Shown in pieces: positions 39,106 through 48,565 of a DNA stretch of 64,000 bases. The position numbers were made by a program, and so were the translations under genes. Where the stretch lies: positions 6,523 through 70,522 of the forward strand of contig JBBQQQ010000012.1 in NCBI GenBank assembly GCA_038215705.1. Direction: 5' to 3'. Source of the DNA: Bacteroidia bacterium. Lineage in GTDB: Bacteria > Bacteroidota > Bacteroidia > AKYH767-A > OLB10. Below the pieces are notes generated by a model. The model worked only from the letters and a program-made list of their open reading frames with translations. It was not told where the DNA came from and did no database searches. Positions within the stretch are counted from its first letter, which is position 1; each line of letters opens with the position of its first letter.

Positions 39106-39987
39106 ATGGCAAACTTAAAAGAGGTCAGGGTTCGTATTACATCTGTTAATTCAACACAGCAGATCACTAAAGCCATGAAAATGGTTTCGGCGGCTAAGTT
39201 GCGCCGTGCTCAGGATGCTATTGTACAGATGCGTCCCTATGCTTCAAAGCTCAAAGAAATTCTTGAGAATGTTGCTGAGAGTGTTGATGCTTCGGGAAGC
39301 GGAGTTTTTGCAAGTGTGCGCCCCGAAAATAAAGTGCTGGTTGTCCCGGTAACTTCAAACCGCGGACTGGCAGGTGCGTTTAATGCGAACATCATCCGCA
39401 CAGTGAACCGCATGATGAATGATACCTACAAAGAGCAGGTGAAAAATGGGAACTTTAAAATCATGTGCATTGGTAAAAAGGCAACTGATTTTTTTGGGAA
39501 GAACAAGAGCTGTTATGTTGGCAATCATAACGATATTTTTAACAATCTGAATTTTAATAATGTTGCAGTTGTTGCCGAGGAAATAATGAAGGAGTTTGCG
39601 TCCGGGAATTATGATAAAGTGGTTGTTGTTTACAACCAGTTTAAGAATGCTGCCGTGCAATATGTGATTACAGAACAGTTGCTGCCAATTACTCCTCCTG
39701 TTAAAAAGGAAAAATCTAAAGCTGCCAATGATTACATTTTTGAGCCCGATCAGGCTTCCATCGTTTTAGATCTGATCCCTAAGTCGATTAAAACGCAGCT
39801 CTATAAAGCAATACTCGATTCTTACGCAAGTGAGCATGGCGCACGTATGACTGCAATGAGCAAAGCAACCGATAACGCAGGCGAACTGATCAAAGCACTC
39901 AAACTTCAATACAATAAAGCCCGCCAGGCAGCTATCACCAATGAAATTCTGGAAATTGTTGCAGGCGCTGAGGCGCTGAATGGTTGA
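39106..39987 (+). CDS. atpG: F0F1 ATP synthase subunit gamma
   Basis: N-terminus ANLKEVRVRITSVNSTQQITKAMKMVSAAKLRRAQ and C-terminus QAAITNEILEIVAGAEAL. Confidence 0.95.
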   Translation: MANLKEVRVRITSVNSTQQITKAMKMVSAAKLRRAQDAIVQMRPYASKLKEILENVAESVDASGSGVFASVRPENKVLVVPVTSNRGLAGAFNANIIRTVNRMMNDTYKEQVKNGNFKIMCIGKKATDFFGKNKSCYVGNHNDIFNNLNFNNVAVVAEEIMKEFASGNYDKVVVVYNQFKNAAVQYVITEQLLPITPPVKKEKSKAANDYIFEPDQASIVLDLIPKSIKTQLYKAILDSYASEHGARMTAMSKATDNAGELIKALKLQYNKARQAAITNEILEIVAGAEALNG

Positions 39988-40010
39988 TTTAGAAATATCA
40001 AATAAGGAAA

Positions 40011-40043
40011 GGAGACAACGAACATTGTCTCCTTTTTGTTTTT
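40011..40043 (+). terminator. rho-independent terminator of the atp operon
   Basis: GGAGACAA-CGAAC-ATTGTCTCC hairpin followed by TTTTTGTTTTT. Confidence 0.8.
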
Positions 40044-40407
40044 GGCAACTATTTTACCAATTACAAAATTATTATTGACGAGAATTGTTTTTATTTTCAG
40101 TTAGCTGTTACTCGTTTCGGATATTGTAAAGTAATAATTACCAGGTAAAGCCAAAAATGTTCTGGCCTGTCTGGTGATCTTATTGTTATTTTAAAACTCC
40201 CGACCATAGAATAAAACAAGGAACTCCATTCCGCAACGAATAAAATTTCTCTATTTCCTTCTAAATGGAATATTTTGAGTTGAAAATATTTAATTTCTTC
40301 CCCTCCCTTTTTCCTTTGGCAGGATGTGCGGACTCACCTGACAAGGCCCGTGGATAGGGCAGATGTCCTAAAATTTTCTCCAAATTGGTGAAATTCACAT
40401 TTATTTT

Positions 40408-40415
40408 TACCTTTG
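40408..40415 (+). promoter_or_regulatory. -7 box TACCTTTG
   Basis: Exact match 36 nt upstream of ATG 40451. Confidence 0.5.
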
Positions 40416-40450
40416 TTTATGCCTGACACTTCACTTAAAAATCCAAAGTC

Positions 40451-41338
40451 ATGAATAAATGCTACATGATCCTGGTAAGTATATTATTTTTTCAGTTTTC
40501 AGTCACCGCACAAAATGCTGCAACACCCAATCCCGGTTTTGAGAACTGGACACAGGTGGGAAACCGGTGGGATCCCAATTTGTGGAATACGCTTAACCCA
40601 TCTACAGCAATAATTGGTGTACTAACCTGTACAAGAGCTTCGGGTGCAGATGCACACAGCGGATCATATGCGATAAAGTTGACTACGAAATCTGTTTTTG
40701 GAGTCACCGCCAATGGTATTGCAAGCACAGCAACATTAATCACCACGCCTCCTTATGGAGTGAGCGGAGGCATTCCTTACACGCAACGTCCCGATAGCAT
40801 TAAAGGCTGGTACAAGTACACTCCCGCCTCACCTTCCGATTCGGGTTTCATTCAGTTTGTACTTCTTGATTCAGGTAATGATACTGTTGGATTTGTAAGA
40901 AAATATACACCTAATGCACCTGTTGGGACCTACGTTCGTTTTTCAGCACCGGTAACTTATTTTTCATCAGCCACTCCTGCATTGTCATATTGGATTCTTA
41001 GTTCCAGTAACCCGGTTGCACCTGTAGTTAACAGCGCAATATTCATTGATGATCTCGACCTTGTATTTAATTCATCAGGAATTGATGAAGTAAGTAATCT
41101 CGCCCAGTTCCAGATTATGAGTAGTGTGGTTGATCCGAATATTGATGTATTAAACAGTTCCGGGCGAAATGCTGATCTGTTGATTTTCGACAGTAACGGA
41201 AAACTGGCGGTAACTAAAAGCGTAGAGCCCGGCTTTTCAAATTTTAATTTGCAGGAATTAAGTAATGGAATTTATGTGTATAAATTTTTCCAGGCAGGAT
41301 TAAAAGTTCCTGTTTATGGAAAACTCATTAAACTCTGA
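40451..41338 (+). CDS. secreted protein with T9SS type-A C-terminal domain (PCMD-like N-domain?)
   Basis: Signal peptide and NPGFENW near the N-terminus. The C-terminus LLIFDSNGKLAVTKSV...LSNGIYVYKFFQAG...GKLIKL is a typical Por tail. Confidence 0.65.
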   Translation: MNKCYMILVSILFFQFSVTAQNAATPNPGFENWTQVGNRWDPNLWNTLNPSTAIIGVLTCTRASGADAHSGSYAIKLTTKSVFGVTANGIASTATLITTPPYGVSGGIPYTQRPDSIKGWYKYTPASPSDSGFIQFVLLDSGNDTVGFVRKYTPNAPVGTYVRFSAPVTYFSSATPALSYWILSSSNPVAPVVNSAIFIDDLDLVFNSSGIDEVSNLAQFQIMSSVVDPNIDVLNSSGRNADLLIFDSNGKLAVTKSVEPGFSNFNLQELSNGIYVYKFFQAGLKVPVYGKLIKL

Positions 41339-41357
41339 TAAATCACTGGCAAACCGT

Positions 41358-43757
41358 ATGCTGGAACGAATTAGTTCAAAAGGTATAGTACTGCTGCTTC
41401 TCTCTAATTTTTTAATTTTTATTTGCGATGCACAGGATAAAAGCTCACTGCAGGGTTTAATCCTTGATGCAGCAAAAAATCAGCCTCTTCCCGGAGCATT
41501 AGTTATTAATTTGTCGGATAAAAGCAACGGGGCCGTTGCAGATGGTGATGGCAAGTACGTTATGAAACTTGTGCCCGGCCGGCATAAATTGGTTTGTTCT
41601 TTCCTGGGAATGAAATCAGATACTGCTGAAGTGGTAATTGAAGCCACCATCACAAATCAGCACAATTTTAAACTTGAATTGCTTCCTGCTGAAATGGGAC
41701 TTGTGGTTGTTTCAGCCAGCAAATATGAACAACGGCTGGATGAAGTTATTGTTTCCGTGCAGATCATCCAGCCCCGGCTGATTGAAAGTAAAAACACAGT
41801 TAATATTAAGTCTGCTCTTGAACAATCACCTGGACTCATTATACTGGATGAGGAGCCGCAGATACGGGGTGGCAGCGGATTCAGTTTTGGAGTGGGAAGC
41901 AGAGTAGCAACTTTAATCGATGGTCTTCCAATACTCACGGGTGATGCAGGTCGTACCGACTGGGCATTTATTCCAACGGAGAACATTGAACAAATTGAAA
42001 TTGTTGAAGGTGCTTCTTCAGTGTTGTATGGTTCTTCCGCTTTAAGCGGTACAATAAATTTCAGAACGAAATTTCCAACAGAAAATAGCAGCACTTACAT
42101 ACGAACCTACACCGGGTTTTACAGTACTCCAAAAAATAAAGAAGCTAAGTGGTGGGACGGCAATGCAAATTTTTCAGGATTGAATTTTTCGCATGGTATG
42201 AAAAGAAAGCAGGATGACCTTGTAATAGGAGGTCAGTTTAATTACGATCACAATTACATTGGACCGTATATTCTTGATGGAAGCATACCCATTAAAGCCG
42301 ACACTATTGATAATTCCGACGTTGCCAACCGATCGGGAAGGCTGAACATAAATTACAGGCACCGGTTTGCACGTATTAACGGATTGAGTGCGGGTATCAA
42401 TGGAAATATTATGACGGGTAAATCAAATTTTTCATTGGTGTGGGGAAATGATACCAATGGTATTTACCGTGCCTTTCCCGGAACTATGACGCTTACAGAG
42501 TTCACTGCTTTTTATGTAGATCCTTTTGTCGTTTACTTTACGCCGGGAGGGGCAAAGCACAGTATCAGAGGCCGGTGGTATAAAACGCACAATAATAACA
42601 ATAACGGTCAGGGTAATTCTGCAAATGTGTATTTGGGAAATTATGAGTTTGGAAAATCATTTCTTAAAATAGGCGGACTTAATGTTACGGGAGGGCTTTA
42701 TGTAAGTGAAACAAATTCTGAAGCCGAATTATACTCCGGAGGCGGCAGTCCTTCAAACACCCTGAGAAACCGTGCAGCATATCTTCAACTGGGACAGAAA
42801 TTTTTCAGGAAACTGCATGTTATGGCAGGTGTAAGAGGAGAATATTTTGATATGAATGGCGGTGAGGAAACTTTTAAACCCGTATTTCGCAGCGGTATCA
42901 ACCTTGCATTAACAAAGTCGACAAACCTGCGGGCTTCTTACGGACAAGGTTATCGCTATCCTACAATTGCAGAAAAGTTTATTGTAACCACTACGGGTGG
43001 CATATACGTTTTTCCGAATCCTGATGTCAGACCCGAATCAAGCTGGAGCGTGGAAGCAGGTTTGAAGCAGGGTTTCAAGATCGGTAATTTTATGGGTTAT
43101 CTTGACTTCGCTGTGTTTCAGCAGGAGTACCGCAATACCATAGAGTATGTGTATGCCCTGTGGGAACCCGATTCAGCAGGATTTAAATTTGTTAATACCG
43201 GGAACACCCAGGTTAAGGGATATGAACTTTCCATACTTGGAAACGGAAAAATATCATCTAAAATTGAAGTGAATCTGCTGTTGGGTTATACTTACGTTTT
43301 ACCCCAGACAAAAAACCCTGATGAGGTTTTTGCTACCGATAACCCGGCTGATGGGTTTATTCCTACCGAATTAACCTATTCAAATACCAGTACCGATACA
43401 ACGGATAATATTCTCAAGTACCGTTTCAGACATCTTTTCAAAGCGGATGTTGAAGCAACTTACAAAAAGAAATTTTCCATCGGCTGTAGTATGCGTTATT
43501 ATTCCTTTATGGAGAACATTGATAAAACCTTTTATGACCTCGATGAACCCTATCTGCTTCCTACAGGAATCAAAGAATACCGTAAAGAGAATAATTCAGG
43601 CACAACCGTATTTGATGCTCGCATCAGCTACCGGTTAAACGAACATTTTGCTGTAGCTTTCATTTCAAATAATATCGCCAACCTGGAATACTCATTGCGT
43701 CCATTAAAAATTGAGGCACCACGCACTCTTATTTTGCAGGTAACGGCACGGTTTTAA
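41358..43757 (+). CDS. TonB-dependent outer-membrane receptor with CarboxypepD_reg N-domain
   Basis: Signal peptide from Met 41358, a LQGLILDAAKNQPLPGALV...DGDGKYVMKLVPGRH domain, a plug (IEIVEGASSVLYGSSALSGTINF) and a terminal aromatic ...LQVTARF. Confidence 0.88.
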   Translation: MLERISSKGIVLLLLSNFLIFICDAQDKSSLQGLILDAAKNQPLPGALVINLSDKSNGAVADGDGKYVMKLVPGRHKLVCSFLGMKSDTAEVVIEATITNQHNFKLELLPAEMGLVVVSASKYEQRLDEVIVSVQIIQPRLIESKNTVNIKSALEQSPGLIILDEEPQIRGGSGFSFGVGSRVATLIDGLPILTGDAGRTDWAFIPTENIEQIEIVEGASSVLYGSSALSGTINFRTKFPTENSSTYIRTYTGFYSTPKNKEAKWWDGNANFSGLNFSHGMKRKQDDLVIGGQFNYDHNYIGPYILDGSIPIKADTIDNSDVANRSGRLNINYRHRFARINGLSAGINGNIMTGKSNFSLVWGNDTNGIYRAFPGTMTLTEFTAFYVDPFVVYFTPGGAKHSIRGRWYKTHNNNNNGQGNSANVYLGNYEFGKSFLKIGGLNVTGGLYVSETNSEAELYSGGGSPSNTLRNRAAYLQLGQKFFRKLHVMAGVRGEYFDMNGGEETFKPVFRSGINLALTKSTNLRASYGQGYRYPTIAEKFIVTTTGGIYVFPNPDVRPESSWSVEAGLKQGFKIGNFMGYLDFAVFQQEYRNTIEYVYALWEPDSAGFKFVNTGNTQVKGYELSILGNGKISSKIEVNLLLGYTYVLPQTKNPDEVFATDNPADGFIPTELTYSNTSTDTTDNILKYRFRHLFKADVEATYKKKFSIGCSMRYYSFMENIDKTFYDLDEPYLLPTGIKEYRKENNSGTTVFDARISYRLNEHFAVAFISNNIANLEYSLRPLKIEAPRTLILQVTARF

Positions 43758-43809
43758 AATTTGGGAATGAAAAAGAGTTACCGAGTTCAAAAAGCATTTT
43801 GAATCAACT

Positions 43810-44457
43810 CTAATCAATAAAATCAACCTTCGCATTCCGGTACTTCCCTCCGGCAATAATTTTTTTCAAATTATTCAGGGTATTAACAGGATGATCAACA
43901 ACCATGGTGTTTGCAAGCCATGCAGGAATTTTACCTGATGGTTCTCCGTGATATTGGTAAATAACCTCAAAAATATTTTTTCCTGTTTCAGTAACTTTCC
44001 AGTATCCTGTTCCTTTAGTCATTCTAACTACACCATCCGTAACTGGATAATTATAATCGATACAATCAAAATTTATTTGCACGAACGGGGGATAATAAAG
44101 ACATTTAAGTTCAAATATTCCTTCCCTGTCGTCAACCGGCCACGGTGCATTATTTATTAAATAATGAATGATGTGATTGTCGCTGTATTTTTTAAGTAAA
44201 CGGCTTTCCCGGATATCCGGAAAAAGCTTGTCAAAATTTTCAACATCAATCAGTATGGCTACAATTTCATCAAGACCTGTTGCTTCAATAATAAGAGATG
44301 CCCTGAAGGCTTTAAAATCTGAGTTCGCGACTTCCGATACGTATACCGTTATACTGTCTTCTTTTGTCTTATACTCCCAGTTATATTGTGAATGGACATC
44401 ATAAGAAAGAATGATAAATGAAAGTATCAGAAAATAAATTTTGTTATTTATAGTCAT
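43810..44457 (-). CDS. START/SRPBCC-fold lipid-binding-domain protein, secreted
   Basis: Started at the Met giving signal peptide MTINNKIYFLILSFIILSYDVHSQ. START-like pattern (NAPWPVDDRE, GYWKV, IPAWLAN). Confidence 0.55.
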   Translation of the reverse strand: MTINNKIYFLILSFIILSYDVHSQYNWEYKTKEDSITVYVSEVANSDFKAFRASLIIEATGLDEIVAILIDVENFDKLFPDIRESRLLKKYSDNHIIHYLINNAPWPVDDREGIFELKCLYYPPFVQINFDCIDYNYPVTDGVVRMTKGTGYWKVTETGKNIFEVIYQYHGEPSGKIPAWLANTMVVDHPVNTLNNLKKIIAGGKYRNAKVDFID

Positions 44458-44955
44458 CTGTATTTTTTTATCGACATTTACATTCATTCGAGGCAAATAA
44501 TTGTGTCTTTTATTTCCTAAATAGTCTGTTTTATCAGCTTGTCCGTCCCCGGATACCATTGATCGGGAAGAATTTTTATTTTTCATTTCAATGAGTGTGA
44601 AACTTTCCCGTGATACCGTTGTTATATCATCTATATTTTCAAGTAAGGATTAGGCATCTTCCATAGGAATAGAAACCGTTCTTACTACCTCCTGGGCAGA
44701 GCTGACCGGATAAGTGGTAACGACAGCAAACACAGAAGGGGCAGGTTCATAATGCGGTTTTAGAATGATAAATGAAGTGTTTGGCGGTTGGGTGAATGCA
44801 CCATGTTTGCTATACACAATGGTTTCATTGATAAAAGTACGTAAAATAAATTCATGAATTTAGGGGTTAATCAGGCAGTTTGCCATTTAAGGGTTCACAG
44901 GCACGGCAATTCATTTATTTACTATTTTTCGTAACGATAACCGCATATACCCTGA

Positions 44956-46071
44956 ATGAGCGAATTTAAAATCCCACCTATATCCACACTTATAGGCTCT
45001 GATATTCGGAACTTTTATCGTGTTATTAAGTTTGGTGGACGAGTTGCCCCGGCTTCTTATGGAAAACTGTTGCTGACAGCATTGGTTATACTTGTTTCCA
45101 CACCTTTTCACCTGTTTGAATGGCTTTATTTCAGGGATAAGGTCAGCGCTTTTGTTTTTCGCAAAGAACCTCTCTTTATACTGGGTCACTGGCGCAGTGG
45201 GACTACTTATTTACACAACTTGCTTTGCGCTGATCCGGGAGCGGGTTATGTAACTACCTATCATTCGGTATTCCCGAACAATCTGGCCAGCAAATTTATT
45301 TTCAAACCGTTCATGAAAATGAACATGCCTGCCAAGCGACCTTCGGATAATGTTAAGTTAGGTATTGATTTACCCCAGGAAGACGAATTCGCTATGGGAA
45401 ACCTTACACAATTTTCATTTTATCACAGTTTTTATTTCCCCTTGCTTTACAGGAATTATTATACTGCATCTGTTGATGAGGTTAACGATAATCGCCATGT
45501 GGAATGGGATAAAAATTACCGGCAGTTGATTATAAAAGCCATGTTAAATTCAAAAGGCAGGAGGGCGGTTATTAAAAATCCTGTTAATACGGCGCGGGTT
45601 AAATCCTTGTTGAGAATATTTCCGGATGCAAAATTTGTTTTTATTTACAGAAACCCCGTAACGGTTTTTTTAAGCACACAAAAATTTTTTCAGGAACTAT
45701 TTCCTGAAATGTCGTTCTCAAAGGTTAACAACGAATTTCTTGATGAAATGATATTTGAAAATTTTTTACGCCTGATGAAGGATTATGACAATCAAAAATA
45801 CCTGATTCCTTCTAAAAATTTATTGGAAATCCGGTTTGAAGATTTGGAAAAATCGCCTCTTACAGAATGCAGCAAAATTTATAAGGACATACTTGAGGAA
45901 GACTTTGAATATCCTAAAACGCATCTCGAAAAGTATCTGCAGGGTCAGCGACAGTATACTAAAAATGTTTATCAAATAAATCGTAATGTTCTTGATAAGA
46001 TCCTGTCAACATGGGGTCCCTATATGAAAGCATGGAAATACGATATTCCCGATGATGTAAAGGTTGTGTAA
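44956..46071 (+). CDS. sulfotransferase family protein
   Basis: 5'-PSB (PAPS-binding) loop ILGHWRSGTTYLHNLL and a 3'-PB-like RNPV region. Confidence 0.75.
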   Translation: MSEFKIPPISTLIGSDIRNFYRVIKFGGRVAPASYGKLLLTALVILVSTPFHLFEWLYFRDKVSAFVFRKEPLFILGHWRSGTTYLHNLLCADPGAGYVTTYHSVFPNNLASKFIFKPFMKMNMPAKRPSDNVKLGIDLPQEDEFAMGNLTQFSFYHSFYFPLLYRNYYTASVDEVNDNRHVEWDKNYRQLIIKAMLNSKGRRAVIKNPVNTARVKSLLRIFPDAKFVFIYRNPVTVFLSTQKFFQELFPEMSFSKVNNEFLDEMIFENFLRLMKDYDNQKYLIPSKNLLEIRFEDLEKSPLTECSKIYKDILEEDFEYPKTHLEKYLQGQRQYTKNVYQINRNVLDKILSTWGPYMKAWKYDIPDDVKVV

Positions 46072-46095
46072 GCTCTAACATCCCCTTTAGTTGCC

Positions 46096-47220
46096 TCAAC
46101 CCAGTTCTTTGTGATATATCCGGTACCTTTTGTGCAATTCCCCACCTAATTTTTCCATTTCTGCGCGCATCAAGTGGTTCTCCTCCAGTATCAGGTGACT
46201 GTCCATAACGGTTAATCCTTTCTTCCTGGCTGTGTCCATAAGTGAAATACCTAAAAGAACATTCAATCCGCGGCCCCTGTAATTTTTTGAAACTGCTCCC
46301 AGCAATAAATCAAGTTGTGTTGAGACTCGCATTTCCATCAGGATGTGAAGGAAGCCCAAGGGAAAAAGTTTACCCTTAGCTTTGCGTATTCCTTTGCTGA
46401 TGTTGGCCATGGCAATTACAAATGCTACCGGAGTGTTCGATGCAGTAAGTATTATTTTTACAAGCCCGGGATCAAGCACTGATAAATACTGTTTTGCCAG
46501 TTCATTCATATCTGATTCTTCCATGGGAACAAAACCGAATATATTTTGATAGGCCTCATTCATAAGTTTCATTACCGGAATAAAATACGGTTTCAATTCT
46601 TTCCTTGATGTGAATTCAATTAATTTTAATTGTTGATTTTTTAGAATCCTTTGATAAATACTATTGTAACCTGAAGGAAGTACTGCCGGAATTTCCAGTC
46701 TGTAACTTATACAATCTTTAAATTTGGTGTAACCCCATGCTTCAATTAATTTGTTGAGGTAAGGTGCATGACTGACCGATGCAATTACCGGCGGATTATT
46801 AAATCCATCCAATTGGACTCCCTGTGGATCTTTGTCGGAAAAACCAAATGACCCTATTATTTCATTCATTCCTTCCCTGACGGCCCATTTTTCCACCGCT
46901 TCGAGTAAAAAACCAGCCACACTTTCATCATTAATACAATCCAGCTGGTAAAACCTTGCCTGCTTTACATTATGCTTTTCATTCCAGGGGTAATGAATAA
47001 TCCCCATAATTCTTCCAACCGGATTATCCTCCCGGTAGGCGAGTAACGTGAGGGTTTTGCTGTGGTTTAACTGTTTATTTTTAAGAGGATCGTGAAAGTT
47101 AAGCTCGTCTTTATAAAAAGGAGGAACAAAATCAGCATAGGATGTATACAGTAGTGAAGGAAGATAAATGTACGTTTTAAGCAGTTCAGGTCCGGATGCA
47201 ACTTTAAGATTCAATGGCAT
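46096..47220 (-). CDS. GNAT-like (tandem acyltransferase-fold) protein
   Basis: C-terminal half has the acetyl-CoA motif-A-like YRGRGLNVLLGISLMDTARKKG, and the N-terminal half resembles a degenerate GNAT. Confidence 0.5.
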   Translation of the reverse strand: MPLNLKVASGPELLKTYIYLPSLLYTSYADFVPPFYKDELNFHDPLKNKQLNHSKTLTLLAYREDNPVGRIMGIIHYPWNEKHNVKQARFYQLDCINDESVAGFLLEAVEKWAVREGMNEIIGSFGFSDKDPQGVQLDGFNNPPVIASVSHAPYLNKLIEAWGYTKFKDCISYRLEIPAVLPSGYNSIYQRILKNQQLKLIEFTSRKELKPYFIPVMKLMNEAYQNIFGFVPMEESDMNELAKQYLSVLDPGLVKIILTASNTPVAFVIAMANISKGIRKAKGKLFPLGFLHILMEMRVSTQLDLLLGAVSKNYRGRGLNVLLGISLMDTARKKGLTVMDSHLILEENHLMRAEMEKLGGELHKRYRIYHKELG

Positions 47221-47349
47221 AACAGGGGTTGAAATCAGGGCTAAGTTATCGAAATTTTGGTATTAAATACTCTTGCTCTACAGGTAATTTTCCAGGGAAT
47301 AGCGATATTTACATCTTATTTATAAACTTTTCCTTACAAACTGGTTGTT

Positions 47350-48561
47350 ATGAAAAAATTTATTCCAATACTTCTCTTGTTTACTGTAATTGTATCTCCT
47401 GTTTATTCACAGGTAATGTGGCAAGTCACATCCGATAATACTGTTATGTGGAATTACCTTGATGGGGATGAGTTTTCGTCAGCAACAATTGATACTTCGT
47501 TATGGCAAAACAGTTTTCCGTGGGGAAGAAATTTGTATTGTAATAAAGAGCAGCAATATTATACTGACTGGAAAAATCATATAACCGGTAAAGGGGTTTT
47601 GCGACTGGAGGCACGTAAGGAGCAGGTAACTGAAGTGATTCTGGATTGGGAAAAAGAGGATGCGATGCTAAAGTGTAATGAACGCAATGCAGGATTTAAC
47701 AAGCGGACTTTCCCTTTTACATCCGGAATGATTTTTTCGAAAAAAAAATATCACTACGGCTATTATGAAATTCGTTTTTCAAGCAGTGCAGGCAAAGGGT
47801 TGTGGCCGGCTTTCTGGTTATATGCGGGACATGATTCTGATGAAATTGATGTTTTTGAAATTAAGGGCGAACGGAATAATGAACTGCATGTTGATGTACA
47901 TTGTTCAAGCGGTTGCAAAAATTATAAAACAACACTTGGATTGTTGCGAAAAAACTGGGGTGATTATTTGCCAGCTTCCGCAGGATGGCATGAAGGATTT
48001 AATGTAATAGGAATGGAGTGGAGGCCTGGTTTTATAAAATGGTTCCTTAACGGGGAAGGTATTGCCTACTGGAAAGGCAATTTTGTTTTCCCCATGTGGG
48101 TAATAGCAAACCTGGCCATTCCTTCCGATAACGGACCGTTCGGACCGGGACCGGATAACACTACACCTTTCCCGGCAAATTTTGACATTGATTACATCCG
48201 TATCTGGTCTGATGATGTGACATCGGCGAAAAAAAGGGAACATCTTGAAAAGTTCTCTGTTAACGCTACAGGAAATAAAGCTGCCTATCCGGCAGGCAGA
48301 AAACGTCCGGAATATAAAAGGGCAAATCTTAAAATGGAAACAGCCTGGGTTACTATGGCTGACATTTCAAATGAAGAAATTATGATACTGATAACCGGCA
48401 AAGTTGGTCTAACCTATTCCCTGGAAGTTAGTGATGCTGGAGGTAAAGTGATTTATCAGAGTAGTGACCCCGCGGTTAACGAACACATTTTCCGGAAACA
48501 TCCCGGAAAACATTTCATGAAAATGCGCATCAATCAAAATTTGATTGAGCATATATTCTGA
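47350..48561 (+). CDS. glycoside hydrolase family 16 (beta-glucanase-like) with extra C-terminal domain
   Basis: Catalytic ExDxxE motif SDEIDVFE, a GH16 beta-jelly-roll pattern and a signal peptide. Confidence 0.8.
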   Translation: MKKFIPILLLFTVIVSPVYSQVMWQVTSDNTVMWNYLDGDEFSSATIDTSLWQNSFPWGRNLYCNKEQQYYTDWKNHITGKGVLRLEARKEQVTEVILDWEKEDAMLKCNERNAGFNKRTFPFTSGMIFSKKKYHYGYYEIRFSSSAGKGLWPAFWLYAGHDSDEIDVFEIKGERNNELHVDVHCSSGCKNYKTTLGLLRKNWGDYLPASAGWHEGFNVIGMEWRPGFIKWFLNGEGIAYWKGNFVFPMWVIANLAIPSDNGPFGPGPDNTTPFPANFDIDYIRIWSDDVTSAKKREHLEKFSVNATGNKAAYPAGRKRPEYKRANLKMETAWVTMADISNEEIMILITGKVGLTYSLEVSDAGGKVIYQSSDPAVNEHIFRKHPGKHFMKMRINQNLIEHIF

Positions 48562-48565
48562 GCCG

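Noticed and set aside
40318-40368. Possible TPP riboswitch or SRP RNA. CACCTGA...GGATA...AGGG resembles the 3' half of the thiM aptamer, and GGCAGATG resembles a stretch of 4.5S RNA.
   Set aside because: There is no CUGAGA/GGGGUGC 5' half for a TPP aptamer. There is no GGAA-type tetraloop or symmetric-loop pattern of SRP domain IV, and the helices I can draw are short. It is kept only as an unexplained GC island.
43810-44586. Full 258-aa version of the START-domain ORF.
   Set aside because: The first 43 codons are hydrophilic junk preceding a clean signal peptide that starts at the Met at 44457. The shorter start is used.
44650-44859. Minus-strand open frame ...EFILRTFINETIVYSKHGAFTQPPNTSFIILKPHYEPAPSVFAVVTTYPVSSAQEVVRTVSIPMEDA in the START/sulfotransferase intergenic region.
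   Set aside because: There is no ATG, and the only candidate start is an internal GTG giving about 55 aa. There is no promoter box and no motif I recognise. It may be a gene relic, but the evidence is insufficient to annotate.
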